A stretch of DNA of 64,000 bases from Neocallimastix sp. 'constans' (taxonomy: Eukaryota). The stretch covers positions 310,001 to 374,000 of the forward strand of contig JBODTK010000136.1 of NCBI GenBank assembly GCA_050613775.1. The letters are read 5' to 3'. The notes beneath the pieces are model-generated. The model saw only the letters and a program-made list of their open reading frames with translations, had not been told where the DNA came from and ran no database searches. Shown here one piece after another: positions 1 through 15,099 of this stretch; within the stretch, counting starts at the first letter, position 1; each line of letters opens with the position of its first letter. Made by a program: the position numbers and the translations under genes.

Positions 1-420
1 AAAAATAAAAATAAAAATAAAATAAGAATATATAAATTATATTATAATAATATATTGTAATATAAATTATTTAAATTATTTAAAATTTAATTATTTCATT
101 TTATTTTATGTTTTGTAATATAAATTTTTATATACTCACAAAAAATAATTTTTTTTTTTTTTTAGCTAAATTTTAGTACTACTAAATATTTTTATTTTTT
201 TTTGGTTTTATTATTATATTCCATATAAAGTTCAAAAAAACTTGATCTTTTTTAGCCAATCATATTATATAATTCATTAGAATAAATAACTTATTTTTTA
301 TTATATTCAACCGAGAAATTTTTATTTCATTAATAATAAAAAATAATTTTGTATTAATACAAAAAAAATTTTTAATTAAATTTTTTTTTACCAATTTTAA
401 ATAAAATTTTTTAATTTTTA

Positions 421-460
421 GTTTTCCTACAACACCTATTACGAAATTGCCAACATCCAT
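421..460 (-). pseudogene. Isolated, inverted first exon of an Obg-family (YGR210C-like) GTPase
   Basis: Minus strand reads MDVGNFVIGVVGK, resembling the start of the G1 P-loop in YGR210C-type GTPases (..LIGIVGKPSSGKS). No GT donor follows. It lies antisense to the rest of the gene at 880-2063. Confidence 0.55.
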
Positions 461-879
461 ATTTAAAATTTAAACTATTTCTATAATATATACATTATAT
501 ATAATTAATTTTCATAAAACTATTTTTTAAACTTTAATTTAAAGGATTTTATTCAATTACTGTTTAAATTATTTTAATATTATTTATAATACTGTTGTAT
601 TTATCTATTCTTTTTTTTTTTTTTCATTCTTTGAATTTGATAATTAGTTTTCTAATAATTTTAGTTAAAATATATATTAATTGAAAATTAATATATAATT
701 TTTATTATAAAGTAATTTGGATACTTGTTTGTATTATTCTGTTTCTATTTTATTTAAATTTTAATTATTATATGCATAAGTTATACTTTTTAATTGAGAA
801 TAGCTATTATAAATTATTTAATTTGTTATGTATAATTTATTTTATTATTTTTATATGATTTTTACTTTAAAAAAAAAAA

Positions 880-2063
880 AATGGGGTCTTAGAAATCAAT
901 TTTTGGATGAATTAAGAGATGCAGATGTATTAAATAAAATTGACTTACCAGAATCAGGAAAGAATATTGAAAATTTTTGTAGAAAATACGATGAAGCAAG
1001 TACTTTAATATTTCAAATTTAACATTGATAAATTATTTTTCTAATATTTAATAATAATAATAATATATTAAATAAATAATAATAAATTATCACAGGAAAG
1101 AGGTGTATTAACAAGCGCATTATCAGAATGTTTCTTCCGTATATTAGATAAACAGAAATTTATTAAATATTACGAAGGAACAGAATTTTTTGATTTAGCA
1201 GAAGATCAGATAAGTAATAATACTATTATTATTAATATTAATTATATTAAAGTAAAATATAATAATAAATAAATAAATAAAATTTAATATAGGTTGACCC
1301 ATCTCCAGAAGAAAAATTAAAAACACTTGACTATAAGCTAGAGGGTAATTTTTTTTTTCTTTTTATTGTTATTATTTTATTTCTATTTTTAAAATTTTTT
1401 TTTTATTAATTTTTATGAATTTTAAATGCAAATAATGGTTATACTAAAATACTAATGATAACATATTATAAAATATAATAAATATATAGTCGTTTAGAAA
1501 AAGTTCAAGATATGTTATTATTCAGATATAGTAACACTGGTGTTGTCGAATGCATTAGAAAAGCTGTTGAATGTCTTAATGTTATTCCAGTATTTCCAGT
1601 TAAAAACGTTAATCATTTCTCTTCAGGAAGATTGTTTGTATTCAAATATTTATTGATAATATTTTTATTTTATTATTATATTATTTTACTTACTAATATT
1701 AATTCTTATATTAAAAAAAAAAAAAAAAAATTTAATTATAATAATAGTGGTACTAAAACAGTATTTAGTGATTGCTTATTAGTTCCAGGTGGTACAACAG
1801 TACGTGAATTTGCTATAATTATTCATCCTGAATTAGATAAATATTATCAATATACTGAACTGTTGGATATATTAGAGTATTAGAGTATATATCAATTTGA
1901 ATGTTAATTTAATACTTTTATATATATTCATTATAAATATTAATTTATATATATTCATGTTTATTATTTGTAGCTTGGTGAAGATGATATTATAACATTG
2001 GAAAACAATATTATTTGTATAAAAATGTCACAAGTTATTCAAAAGAAAACTAATAATTATTAG
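880..2063 (+). pseudogene. Obg-family GTPase (YGR210C-like, C-terminal TGS-like domain) pseudogene
   Basis: Exon peptides: GLRNQFLDELRDADV|LNKIDLP, VLTSALSECFFRILDKQKFIKYYEGTEF, RLEKVQDMLLFRYSNTGVV, VFSDCLLVPGGTTV, LGEDDIITLENNII. About 100 aa are missing between DADV and LNKID. Splice sites look decayed (ataagt at ~1210) and there is a frameshift near 1860. Confidence 0.8.
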
Positions 2064-2668
2064 TTTTCTTAAGTTAGTGTTATAAAGTTGTAAATATACC
2101 ACAAAATAAATAAATAAATTAATAATAATAATATAATAAAAATAAAATTTACAAAGAAAAAATAATAATATACAAATAGTCATCAAAAAAATCTTTTTTT
2201 TTTTTTTTTTTTTTTTTTATTTCTTAATGCTAATTAATATAAAAAAAAATTTTTTTTTATTACGGACATCAAGAGAAAGTTGATGTATATGTGAAAAGGG
2301 TTTTGTATTAATTTTTTTAAAAAGAATTAAAAATATATTAAAATTATAAGTTATTTATATGTAGTTATAGATATATTTTATTATATATATTAAATTTATT
2401 CCTAGTTCAAAAAAAAAAAAAACAATAAAATAAATAAATAAAATATAATATGTATAATACATATTATTTTTTTAACTTCTTTATATTTTCATTTATATAT
2501 TATTTATTTATTTATTTATTTTATATATAATTATAAATAATTTCAACTGATTAACAATATAGATTGATTGAGAAAAAAAATAAAAAAATATATAAACTAT
2601 AATGAAAAATTTTAACTAGAAAATATAAATTAAAACTAAACGTTACACTAATCTAATCCATATTAATC

Positions 2669-2726
<58 letters not shown>

Positions 2727-2868
2727 CAAATTTTGTTAATTTTATTTTTGTTAAGCTTTTTAATATTAAATTTAATTACAATTATATTAGAAATTCAGTG
2801 TTTAAAATATTATAAGTGTACAATAGAGTTAAATAATATTGAAAAGTAAGATTAATTAATAGTCAAAT

Positions 2869-4640
2869 ATGACCTCAATTAATAGGTATAAAATAAAGAA
2901 TATATTAGTTCCTCAAAAAAAAATAAATTATCAATCGTTATATGATATTCCAGAAAGAAATATATTACCTCTTTCATATAAACTTGAAATTAAACCTATT
3001 TTTGAAAAGAATTTGTTTGAAGGACAAATAGAAATACCGTAAATATACTATTATTAATATTAAAATTTTTAAAATCATTATCAGTGATACTGAATTAATA
3101 TATATATATAAATATTATAATTAAAAATGTAATATATAAAGATTATTAGTCATCAAAGAATCTAATTTCATAAAATTTCATTCTGCTGATATTAAAATTA
3201 AAAATATCAAAGTATTACTTGAAGACAATTTAACAGAGTATATATATAATTATTATTGTTGTTGCTATTGTTATTATAATAATTATAATTATTTTAAAAA
3301 AAAATAATAATAATAATAATAATAGTAATAATAATAATAATAATTAATAATTATTTTATTATTATATATAATGTTATTTGTTCCTTAGATTAATACCAAA
3401 AAATGTAGATATTGATGATTTTTTTGAATCTGTAACATTACATTTTGAAGAAAATTTTAATAAAAATCAAAATGCTGTGTTATTTATTAATTATTTAGGA
3501 ACAATAAATGATGAAAAACATGATAAATATGAAGAAGTAGTTGGTTTCATCAAAGATAGCTATTTTACCTTAGAAAAGGAGAAAAGGTTAATATATTTTA
3601 AAAATATATTATTTATAATTAATGATAGATTTTAGTTAATAACAATTAATTAATATGACTTAAAAAATTAACAGAAACATATATTATACAAAATGCTTAT
3701 ATGCAAATGCAAGAAGGTAATAATATCTTTTTTTTTTTTTTTTTTCTTTTATTAGATAATTAATAAAAATTATTCTATCACTAAAATAATTATAATTAAT
3801 TATATGGATAATTTATTATATATATTTATTTTTAATAAAATATTTATAATTATTATTTTTATAAATAATTAGAATTTTTCCATGTTGGGATTTCCCTAAT
3901 CTAAGAGTTCCTTTGACATTTTCAATTATAATTCCTAATGAAATGGATGCTTTATTTAATACGTCTGTAAAATCTATAACGTCATATGATAATTCAGCAA
4001 ATTTAAAAAGGATAGAGTTTGAAACAACATCACCAATGTCAACAATAGTAATTAATTAATTATTAAAATAAGGAATGATAAATTATCATTTTTATTTATT
4101 ATATTTTATTAATTTAAATGCAATTTTATATAATTCATAAATAAAGAATATTGAATTTATTTTAGGTGAATTTAATTATATTGAACGTGTATCCGATATA
4201 TGTCTTAAAAGTGAAAAATTAACAATTCGTTTATATTCAATTCCAAATATTGAATTAAATAAATATGAAAACATTTTGTTAATAATTGAACAAATCCTTT
4301 ATTATCAAGAACAGTATATTAAAAAAGAATATTGTTTAAAAAAATTGGATATATTTCTTCTTCCAAATTATGAGTCATACACAAGAGAAATCGAAAAAAA
4401 TGAAAAATCTATTTTTACAGGAAGTGGAACATTAGGACTATTTATTTTTAATCAAGAAAAATTTGATATTGTAATCAATAAAAATATTGATTATATTTCA
4501 TTAATTAATAATCCAACATTTATATTCAGTTTATCTCAGGAAATAGCCAAGATTGTAAGTATTTTTCTTTTTATAAATAATTTTATTATCATATATTTAG
4601 ATTAAAAAATTATTTAATTAGTATTAATTAATACTTAGCC

Positions 4641-4671
<31 letters not shown>

Positions 4672-6173
4672 ATATTAATAAAAAATTAAAAAATATATAT
4701 TTTTATAGTGGATAAGAAATATAATTTCACCATATGATTTGACGGAATATTGGTTTTTTGAAGCATTAGCAACAAATATATCTTTTCTTGCTTTAAAAGA
4801 ATCAAAAATTAATTTTGATTTTGATTTGGAATGCGAATTTTATATACATTATGTAAGACATGCCTTGACTCCATCAAAATTATTAACTCCCCCAAGAAAA
4901 GAGTTTGATGCATTCTTAAAAAATAATGTAGATGAATCCCAAATTTATGTTGGTGTATCTATTATAAAAATGTTTTTAGATATGTATAATATCTATAATA
5001 ACATAGAGTATTTTTATGATGAAGAAGATGAAGAACTTGATGAAGATATGGATATTGATTTAGAAGAAGAAGAAGAAGAAGAAATGGAATTATATGATAT
5101 TAAAGATACATTAAGAGAGTTTATAAGAAAGTATAAAAATAAGGCTGTAAGAGAGGGTGAATTCTTTAGATGTTTTATTAATCAAATGGAAAAATATACA
5201 ATGGCAAATATATTTGAATTTTGGATTTCTAAATCCAGAGGTTATCCAATAATTAAAATTATTAATGAAGATTATAATATAAAAAAGAATAAATTATCAA
5301 TTCAATTAAAACAATTACCAAGTATTTATCCAAAAGAAGAAGAATATGATTTTTATGAGTATCAAAGTAAATATTCACATGAACCAAGAAGGATTCCAAT
5401 ATTTATTCGTCTATATGAGTATGATTTAGCTTCTGGAAATCTCATTAATGAATTTTCATACATAGAATTAGTAACAAAATTTGAACAAGTTATTAATATT
5501 CCATTAGTTAAAAAAGATAATACAAAAGAAACTGGATTTTTCTATATTATTGGCGAAAAATCATCTTCTTTTTATAGAACTATATATCCAAATCAAACAT
5601 TAAATAATATTTTAAATCATCAAAATATTCTTACTCCTATCGATAAATATAGAATATGGGATGATAATAAATTATATATTGATAATTTTGTATTAAAAAA
5701 TAAAGATATTAAATCAACTTTTGAAGAAAAAGAAAATGATATAATTAATAATCAATTAATGATTATTAAAGCTTTTAGTCAATCTTTTGATCCAATGTAA
5801 AAATTTTATATATAACAAAATATATATTATATATTATATATTATTTAATCATAATTATATATATATAAAAATCTATTGTTTATAGAAAGCATAAATCTAA
5901 ATGTTCTAAAATATATATTTATATATTTAATATATATATTTTTAATTTATCTTTATAGTATTTTAACAGAAATGATGGAAATACTAAATAAAATTTTAAA
6001 AATTTATAGTATATATAATAACGGAAATCAAATCGAATTTATTAAAAAAGTAAAAAACTTTAGAGATGAAACATTTTATAATATCTATAATCAAGCTATC
6101 CATAAAATTAAAAATAATGATAATAGTATTAATAATTCTATATTAATAGAGTGTTTAAAAATCAATGATTCAA

Positions 6174-6212
<39 letters not shown>

Positions 6213-6983
6213 TATAATATATAATATATATTAACAAAAAATTTTATTTTTTTTTTATTTAATTTTCTTTTTCTGTATTTATACATATATTTTTTTTATA
6301 TTTAAAAAAAAAGAATAATATTTAATGCTAAAAAAGAGATTACTGATAATGAGAAGAATGAAAATCAAATTCCTTATAAAATTATATTGAGAGCTAATTC
6401 TTATACGTCTTCAAGTGATAATAATTTAGAAAAAAGTTATATTAATAATTTCATGAATGAAAATAAGAATCAAATTGAAGATTTTTATTTAAACATAATT
6501 ATTGAAAAAATTGCAATGAAATTTTCAATAAATAACGTAATGATCATGCTTGATTTATTAAAGAATAAACTTATTTCATCTAAAAGATCTAATGATATAA
6601 ATGAATATAATAATTCAATATATATTATGAAACGATTATTATTTTTATTATCTGAAAGAGTTATTGAACCAGGTGAAATTCTAAATATTCATAATTGCTT
6701 GATGGAGTGGCTTATGAGTAATTTTAAAGAATTAAGCAATATTTTAGGATATAGTATAAATCTTGCATTAATTATAAATTCAACATTAACTAATTTATAT
6801 GGAGAAAATGATTTAAAGAATATTGAAGATTTCTTTGTTAACTTTCTTGCTAATGAAACTAATCAAGATAATGAAGAAGTTGATTTTATTAGTTATTGGA
6901 TTATAGAAAAAATTTTAAAGAAAAATAAAAATATTAATGAATTAATTACAAATATCTTTTCTATATTAAATTCATTAATTTAA
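2869..6983 (+). CDS. M1-family (PSA/APN-like) aminopeptidase homolog, predicted catalytically inactive; multi-exon
   Basis: ILPLSYKLEIKPIFEKNLFEGQIEI; spliced ANARRIFPCWD; FETTSPMST; QEIAK-x18-E in place of HEXXH-x18-E; FWISKSRGYPII. GT-AG introns keep the frame where checked. Confidence 0.85.
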
Positions 6984-7134
6984 TTTATTAAATTTATATA
7001 ATTATTTATTGAGTAATTGATTAAAATATAAATATCTTAATGTAATGAATAAACAAAATAAGATATAAAATAAGATATAAAATAAAATATTAAATAAAAT
7101 ATAAAATAAAATGTATATATATTTAATTAATTAA

Positions 7135-7198
<64 letters not shown>

Positions 7199-7327
7199 TA
7201 TTATTATTATAATTATTATTATTATTATTGTTGTTGTTGTTGTTAATCTGTATTCATTAACAAAATATTATTTAATATAAATAAAATTTTCATAATTTAT
7301 TATTTAAAAAATAATTCTTAATTAAAT

Positions 7328-7640
7328 TTAATGCTTATTATCATAATAATGTGATCCTGTTTCAGTATCATTAGCTTCTTTTATTTCTTCTTTTTCATCA
7401 GTGAAATATGATGGATCTATGTCATAACAGTAAAAATGTTTATCACCATCTACTAATGCTAATGTTTTCTCATCCTTTGACATAGCTAAACAATATACTG
7501 GTTTTTCAAATCCATAAGCTAATCCTAAACACTATTATTAATAAATATATTTTATAATTTTTTATATTTATATATAAAGAATAAATAAATTAAATAAAGA
7601 TTAATAACAATATAACAATATTATAATTAATAATAAAATC

Positions 7641-7674
<34 letters not shown>

Positions 7675-7775
7675 AAATAATAATGAAAATAAACTATAAT
7701 GTAATAATGTAATAATGTAATATATACTACATTTATTATTTATTTTTTTTTTTTTTTTTTTTTTTTTTTGTATAT

Positions 7776-7815
<40 letters not shown>

Positions 7816-8866
7816 ATATATATAATATTTTATTATTTTCAATTTTTAAATATTTATGTTGATTTTTCTTAAACCTTCTTAGTCTTAAGGCTAAAAACTC
7901 TTGCTTCATTTGAATTACAACCTCCGGCATATATATAACTTGGATTACTTGCATGACTAAAACGAGCTGTATATAACATAGATCGACGTTTTGTTGAAGA
8001 TGACCAAATAATATCTTCAAAAAGTTTACAGGTTTTATAATCCCATATCTATGATAAAAATTATTGTTATATAAGTAATAATAATTTATAAGATTTTATT
8101 TTCAAAAAAAAAAAAAAAATTAATTGATATTTGATTGATATTAATACTTTACTTGTAAAGAATTTTCTTTTGAATATGCTCCAGTTAATATATAATCTCC
8201 TTCATTATTGATATCCATTGAATCACCGCAGGTATGAGGACCATAAAAACTTCTTACTGAATATTTAACTCTGCAATCCCAAATCTTATTTAATATATAT
8301 ATATATAAAAGAATATAAAAAAAAATTCTTTTAATTCCACAGAAAGGATAATTTTATAATATATGAAAATAATATTATACTTGGACTGTATTATCCCATC
8401 CAGCTGATACTAAAACGTTTGAATCTTTAGGATGAAATTTTACTGAAAAGATCTTATTAGAATGACCTGAAGTATAACCATCTTTTCTTTAATTTATAAA
8501 ATTTTAAAATAAATCAAAATTTATAATTTCATTATATAAATACCATTAATATTAATTCAATAAAAATATAAAATAATATATAATTTAGTATTATTAAAAT
8601 TATTATGAATTTTGAATATTTAGTATAATAAAATTTGATAAATTATTATAAAGAATAAAGAATAAATGTATTACCCTGCAAATACATCATATAAAAGATT
8701 TGTTGTTTCATCATCATAAACTCTAACATGACAATCACTTCCAGCAGTACAATAATGATTTCCTAGTTGATTATATGATAATGAATTTATTTGATTATTT
8801 TCTTCAATATTCATTTGAAGTTTTTGGCCTGAAGTGACATGCCAATGAATTACTGCTCCATTTGCG

Positions 8867-8912
<46 letters not shown>

Positions 8913-9331
8913 TTTTCATATTATTTTGTTTGTTTGTTATTTTTTGTATAAAAATTTAATATTGTCATTGAATCCATAACAATTATTTTTATTATTTATA
9001 TCAAGTTGATATTATTAAAATAATAGCATATTTTATATGTTTTAATATAATTATATATAATTAAAGTATTAAAAATGATTATTAAATATAAATACAATTT
9101 TTTTTTTTTTTTTTTTTTTTAAACATATATATAAATATTTATTGATTAATAATTTTCATTTACATCCTGCAATTAATACATTTTTTGCTTTTTTATCAGA
9201 ATTTACAACATTTCTAAAAGATAAAGATGTACATGGAATATTATAGCTTTCATCATTTGCATTGGGATAAGCAAGTGATGATACTAAAGCACCAGTTTGT
9301 GGTTGGTATACCTATTTATTTAATAATGAAT

Positions 9332-9369
<38 letters not shown>

Positions 9370-10002
9370 ATATTAATTTAATTTCTATAATATTTATGAA
9401 AAAGATAATACTATAATTAAATATATATATTTTAAAACAAAATAATGAAAAAAATATATATATATCTTTGTTAAAGTACCTTAATAGTACCATTTGCTAA
9501 ACCAAGAGCAATATATTCATCATTTTGTGAAAAACCAACAGTCAAGGCAGAAGATTGTTCACTTTTAATAAATATTGCACAATAAATATTATATTTTTTT
9601 TTATAAAAATTTATATTAATGGTTTATTGTTTTATAAAAATCATAAATAAAGCAACAACAACAACAACAATAATAATAATAATAATAAATAATAAAATGA
9701 TTGATTTTTTAATAGAAATATTACTTTTTTACAAATTTAGGTATTAAATTTCCAGTGGTTAATGGTGTACCTTTATCAATTGATTCTAAAGTTAGCAAGT
9801 ATGTTACATTTAAAGGAATATCAATAATTTTTATTTTGATTTTTTAATTATTAATTTCCAATAAAATTCATAAATATATACTTTCTCCTTTCGATATTTC
9901 ATCGTTACTCGCTTCATCGGCAATAAACGAGTCATATTTTCTGATACTCACTTTAGTTTGCTGTAATTCATTTGGATTAGACATTTCTGATGAATTTAAC
10001 AT
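7328..10002 (-). CDS. WD40-repeat beta-propeller protein; multi-exon
   Basis: Exons encode TAGSDCHVRVYD, GHSNKIFSVKFHPKDSNVLVSAGWDNTVQ|IWDCR, GPHTCGDSMDI and LQ|IWD. ATG at 10002, stop at 7328-7330. Confidence 0.85.
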
Positions 10003-11042
10003 ATTTTTTTTTTTTTTTTTTTTATTTTTATTTTATTTTATTTATTTTAATAATAATATTCTTAATATTTACTTCTTAAATATATTTTATTTCATCTAAT
10101 ATAGAAATTCTATTGATATATTTATATATGTATATATATTTACATATATATATATATATTTTAATATTTAAAAATAACTTTTTATTTTCACTAATAATAT
10201 TTTATTTTTACTTTTTTTTCTTTTTTTTTTAAAAAAAAAAAAAAAAAAAAAATAAAATAACAATCTATTATATCTATATCTATATATAATTACATAAAAA
10301 ATACAATTATAAATTATAATTAAAGTTTATAAAATTAATTAGCAATAATATATTTAAGTACATAGAATTAAGATTTTGGGTTTTATATTGATTTTATTTA
10401 AAATCATTTATTATGGTTTATCCACATTTATACTTTCATATTACTTATTATATAACTCCGAAAAAAAGAAATAATTGTAAAAAGATAAAAATTAAGAGAA
10501 AAATATTTTTTTTTATTTTATAAATGAAAAAATATAAAATTAAAAAATTTTTTTTTAATTTATTAAATTAATTTTTTAATAAAAATTTTTTTAAAAAATT
10601 TTTAAAAATTAAAGTTTTATTATTTCTTTAAATAAAAATTAAATTAAAATAAAATTTCCTTAAATTGTTACTGCGCTAATATTTAATATATTATATAGTA
10701 CTTGTATATTCAGTAAAAACCTGTAATATTTTTTTTTATTTTTATTGTTTGATAGAACATTATTATTATGAAATTATATATTATCTTTTAGATAGTACAG
10801 AAAAATTATATAAGAAAATATTTCTATTATTTATAAATAAAAGTGCATAAAGTACTATAATAAACAATAATAATTTTTGGTTATTAAGTTTTTTTTTTTT
10901 TTATTTTTATTTTTATTTTTAATAAAAACAAAAAATAAATTATAGATAATATTTAATAATATATAATGTAATGAGATAAATATAGTGTTAAGAATAAAAA
11001 ATAAAAAAAAAAAAGAAAGAAAAAATATATATATATTTAAAA

Positions 11043-11806
11043 ATGTATTGGAAACAATTATTTAATTTAAAAAGTTCTTCTGTACCACCAACAAGTAGTT
11101 TAACAAGAGACAAAAATGAAGATTTTCAATTTCCAACCACACCTTTTCTATTTACAATAAATGCTATAAAATCTATTCATATACCAAGTTATGTTAATGA
11201 TAATATATTATTTTCACCAGATTATGAATTTTTTTTTGAATATAGAGCTTCATTATTTGATACAAAAACCTCTACATTTTTTGGTCAAACATGGAAAAAT
11301 ATTGATTCTAGATTTAGTACCAATTTAAATATTAATAAGCCAAATTACAAAGATAGAAGAAGAAGTAAAGAAAATAGAAGAAAAAGTAAATATAGTAATG
11401 ATGATAAAGAGAGTCAAGAGAATGATTCTAAAAATAATTCAGAATATTCATCAAATAAATCGCATAGTTCATCAAATTCAAATAGTAGATCTAGTAGTTC
11501 AGTAAGTAGTTCAGAGTCTTATAGTAGTTCCTATACAGGAAGTGATTATTCAAGTGATTATGAATCAAGTTATTCCTCAGCAAGGTCAATTTCTTCAAAT
11601 GATAGTGATAGGTCAAATCTAGATGATTTGGATCACGCTGTTATTAAAGATCGTTCGTTCAATATCATTGATAAAAAAGTAACTATATAAAAAAAGTTAT
11701 ATAATTATATTTAATAATATTTTTATGATATTAACAATTATATTCGCGTTTATTATATAATATTTTTATGTAATATAATTTTAAAATTAATACTAAATAT
11801 ATTCAC

Positions 11807-11848
<42 letters not shown>

Positions 11849-13800
11849 GAATTTATTTTTTCACACATCTATTATATCCTCAAATATAATTATTGTATTG
11901 GAATTTATTTTATTAGGTATTAATAAATGATATTTTCTATAAAATAAGATATATATAATAAATCTATTAATTTTTAATAATTAATTATTATCATATTAAT
12001 ATTCAATATATATTTATAAATGTAATTTAAATATATAATATTAGTTAAAAATTTAAAAACATCAGAGAACTATATGATTTCTTTAGGATGGACATTCTTT
12101 CCAATATATAATGATAATCAAATTAATGAAAATATTGGTGTTGATAAGGAAAGAATATCAAGAGGAAAAAAAAGTAAATCAAAATTTAGGTATTATAAAA
12201 AAAAAAATTTTTTTTTTTTTTTTTTTTTATAAGTCAGAATAATACTATCAATATTAAAATAAAATATATATTATATTTAATATTAATATTATTTTTTACG
12301 GGAATTATATTTAATTATTTATAAATATGTATATATTTATATATAATTTTTTTATATAAAATAAAAGTTTAAATATTTACAAAGGTTCACCAAGAATTTT
12401 ATTATTCATATCTTCAATGTTTGGATCAAGAAATATCGAGAAATTTACACCAGCATTTCCAAATCAATGTGTAGAATGTACATTAGAAGTTCGTTTTAAT
12501 TTAATAAGTTGTTGCAACATGTGGAAAGAAAACGTATTTATTTCATCATTTGATTCATTACCTGGTATTTCTATATCAAATTCTAGTGTCATAAGAAAAA
12601 AGAAATTTGATCAATTAGTATTATCGAATGTAAGTTAATCTATTGATATTAATTAATATTTTTTTTTTCATATTATTAAATGAAATTAAAAAAAACATAA
12701 AAAAATTTTATTTAATATTAATTTCAATATATATATATATATATATAATTAATAAATATTAAAATAAATAAATAAATAAATATAAATTTTATTAGATAAA
12801 AATAAGAACACCAATAAAACTTTCAAAATGGGAATCTATTTTTTTGAAAAGAGTTTACAAATCTTTATCAAACAGTTATTTATTAAATGAAGATATGATT
12901 ATCAGTCATCCAACAATTAATGAAAGACGTATACATATAGGTGTTCATAATGGTTATACCTTTTTATCTATGCCAACAATAACTAATCTTTTCCCAAATA
13001 CAACCCAACGAAAAGATGAAACATCAGAATTATACTTTAATGGTAATATATCCTTAAATAAATATTGTTTTTCTGATCCTGGAATAGCCATAATTTTTAT
13101 GATAGAGTACAGATTATTGTATAATGCTAGGGAAGTTGAAAAAACTAAAAAGAAAAGTAGTAGTAGTCTTTCTCTTCCAGATATTGCACAAAAAAATTTA
13201 GCAGATAGTAATCAATTTGAAAAAAGTGTTATTATTGGATGGGGTGTTTGTAACCAACCATTATTTACAAATATAAATGGTATTATCGAACTTTTTTTTA
13301 ATTTATTATGAATTATAACTATAATCACAATTATTAATACTGTTACTATTATTATTTAATATAAAAAACATTGACTTATTAAATTATTATTATTATTATT
13401 TTTATTTTTATTTTTATTTATTTATTATAGAGAGTAATAACATAACTATGTATTCAAATAATGGAATGAATCCATTTTCTTCATTAATATATCAAATGGA
13501 TATTAATGAAATATTCCCAGAACGAAAAAAAAATGATAATAATTTAAATGTTTCCTCTTCTAATGATCATTTATTATCCATAAGTTTTAATGTTAATAAT
13601 AATTTAATTCAATATTCAGCAACATCTACCCCTGTTATGGGAGCAACAAAAAGGAAAGATAGTGGTAAATATTAATAGTAAATCTAATTATATTTAAATA
13701 TTAAATTATAACTCTATGAAAACAAATTATAAAAAAAAAAATTTTTAATTTAATTGTTAATTTAATTATATCCAAAATATTCATTTTTGTTATTTATATG

Positions 13801-13835
<35 letters not shown>

Positions 13836-15062
13836 CATAAATAAAGATTTACCTAATATACATGATCCTTCATCCGGTAATAGCAATTTTATTGAAACAA
13901 ATACAGAATATGATAAACCTCACGATAATAAAGGTGAATTATCAAAAGTAAAATCCTATACATCATTTAACTCTAATAATTCAAAAAGAAGAGGTATAAC
14001 GAATATGAGTAGTTCGAATAGTTTCCCTGAAAATTATAACTATAATGGACAGAATGAATTTGATCGAATGTCCGTATCCACTAATTCAGTAAATAATCTT
14101 TATCCACCTACAAGTTATTCTGAAGCACCTCCTATGGACCGATACTTTTCTCAATCCATGCTGTCCAATGATGATGGTGATAATGAAAGTATAGCCAATC
14201 CTCAACAAATACCAATATCCAATACTACTAGAGCTGAAAAAGCCAGATTAATTATTGCCGGTTTTTCACCAATTCTCGATGAAAAAGGAAAGAAACCTAT
14301 ACAAATTGGTAATGTATTAAATGAAGAAAATTCAAATTATGTTGATTTATTCTCAAACATATCATTAGATTCAGAAGATTCTAGTCTTTTACGTCTTAAT
14401 GATATATGGATAACTCTTATGGGTGTTACATTCTATCAACCATTATTTGGATTTACAGGTATAAAATTAAAAACAAAAAAAAAAACAAAAAAAAAAAAAA
14501 ATAAAATAAAATAAAATAAAATAAAAATAAAAATATAAAAATAAAAATTTATATAAAGTTATTTCTGTATATATATTTATGTAATTTATGGTATATTTAT
14601 TTCGAAATATTTAAAGTTAATGATATTTTTAACAATTTAATTTTTCTTCTCTTTTTCTATATATATAAATTACCCTATTTAAATAGATACCTTCCCAAAA
14701 TCGTTGTATTTTGGTTTTCAATTCTATACTTTCCCATATATGTATACCAAAAAGTTAGAATTATATACAGGACAAATTCCTCATCAAGATGTTAGTCATC
14801 GCCGAAGTTCCTCTGTACCAAGGCACAGAACAAGAAACTGGTCTCAACATTCATATAAATCAACAAGGTCTCAATTTGATGGAGGTATGGTTGGTGCAGT
14901 ATCAGACAATCAAGAAAATCCCCAATTTCCAGGAATTTTATATCAATATAGTGATAATGGACAACCAAATTGTAAATATATTTTCAAAATTACCTATATT
15001 ATTATTTTAAATTTATAATTTTATATATATTTTTATACATTATTAAAATAATTAGTATTTAA

Positions 15063-15099
<37 letters not shown>

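Noticed and set aside
10660..10680. Possible RFX X-box (gttactgcgctaat) between WD40 and NPHP4
   Set aside because: Poor fit to the GTTNCCATGGNAAC consensus.
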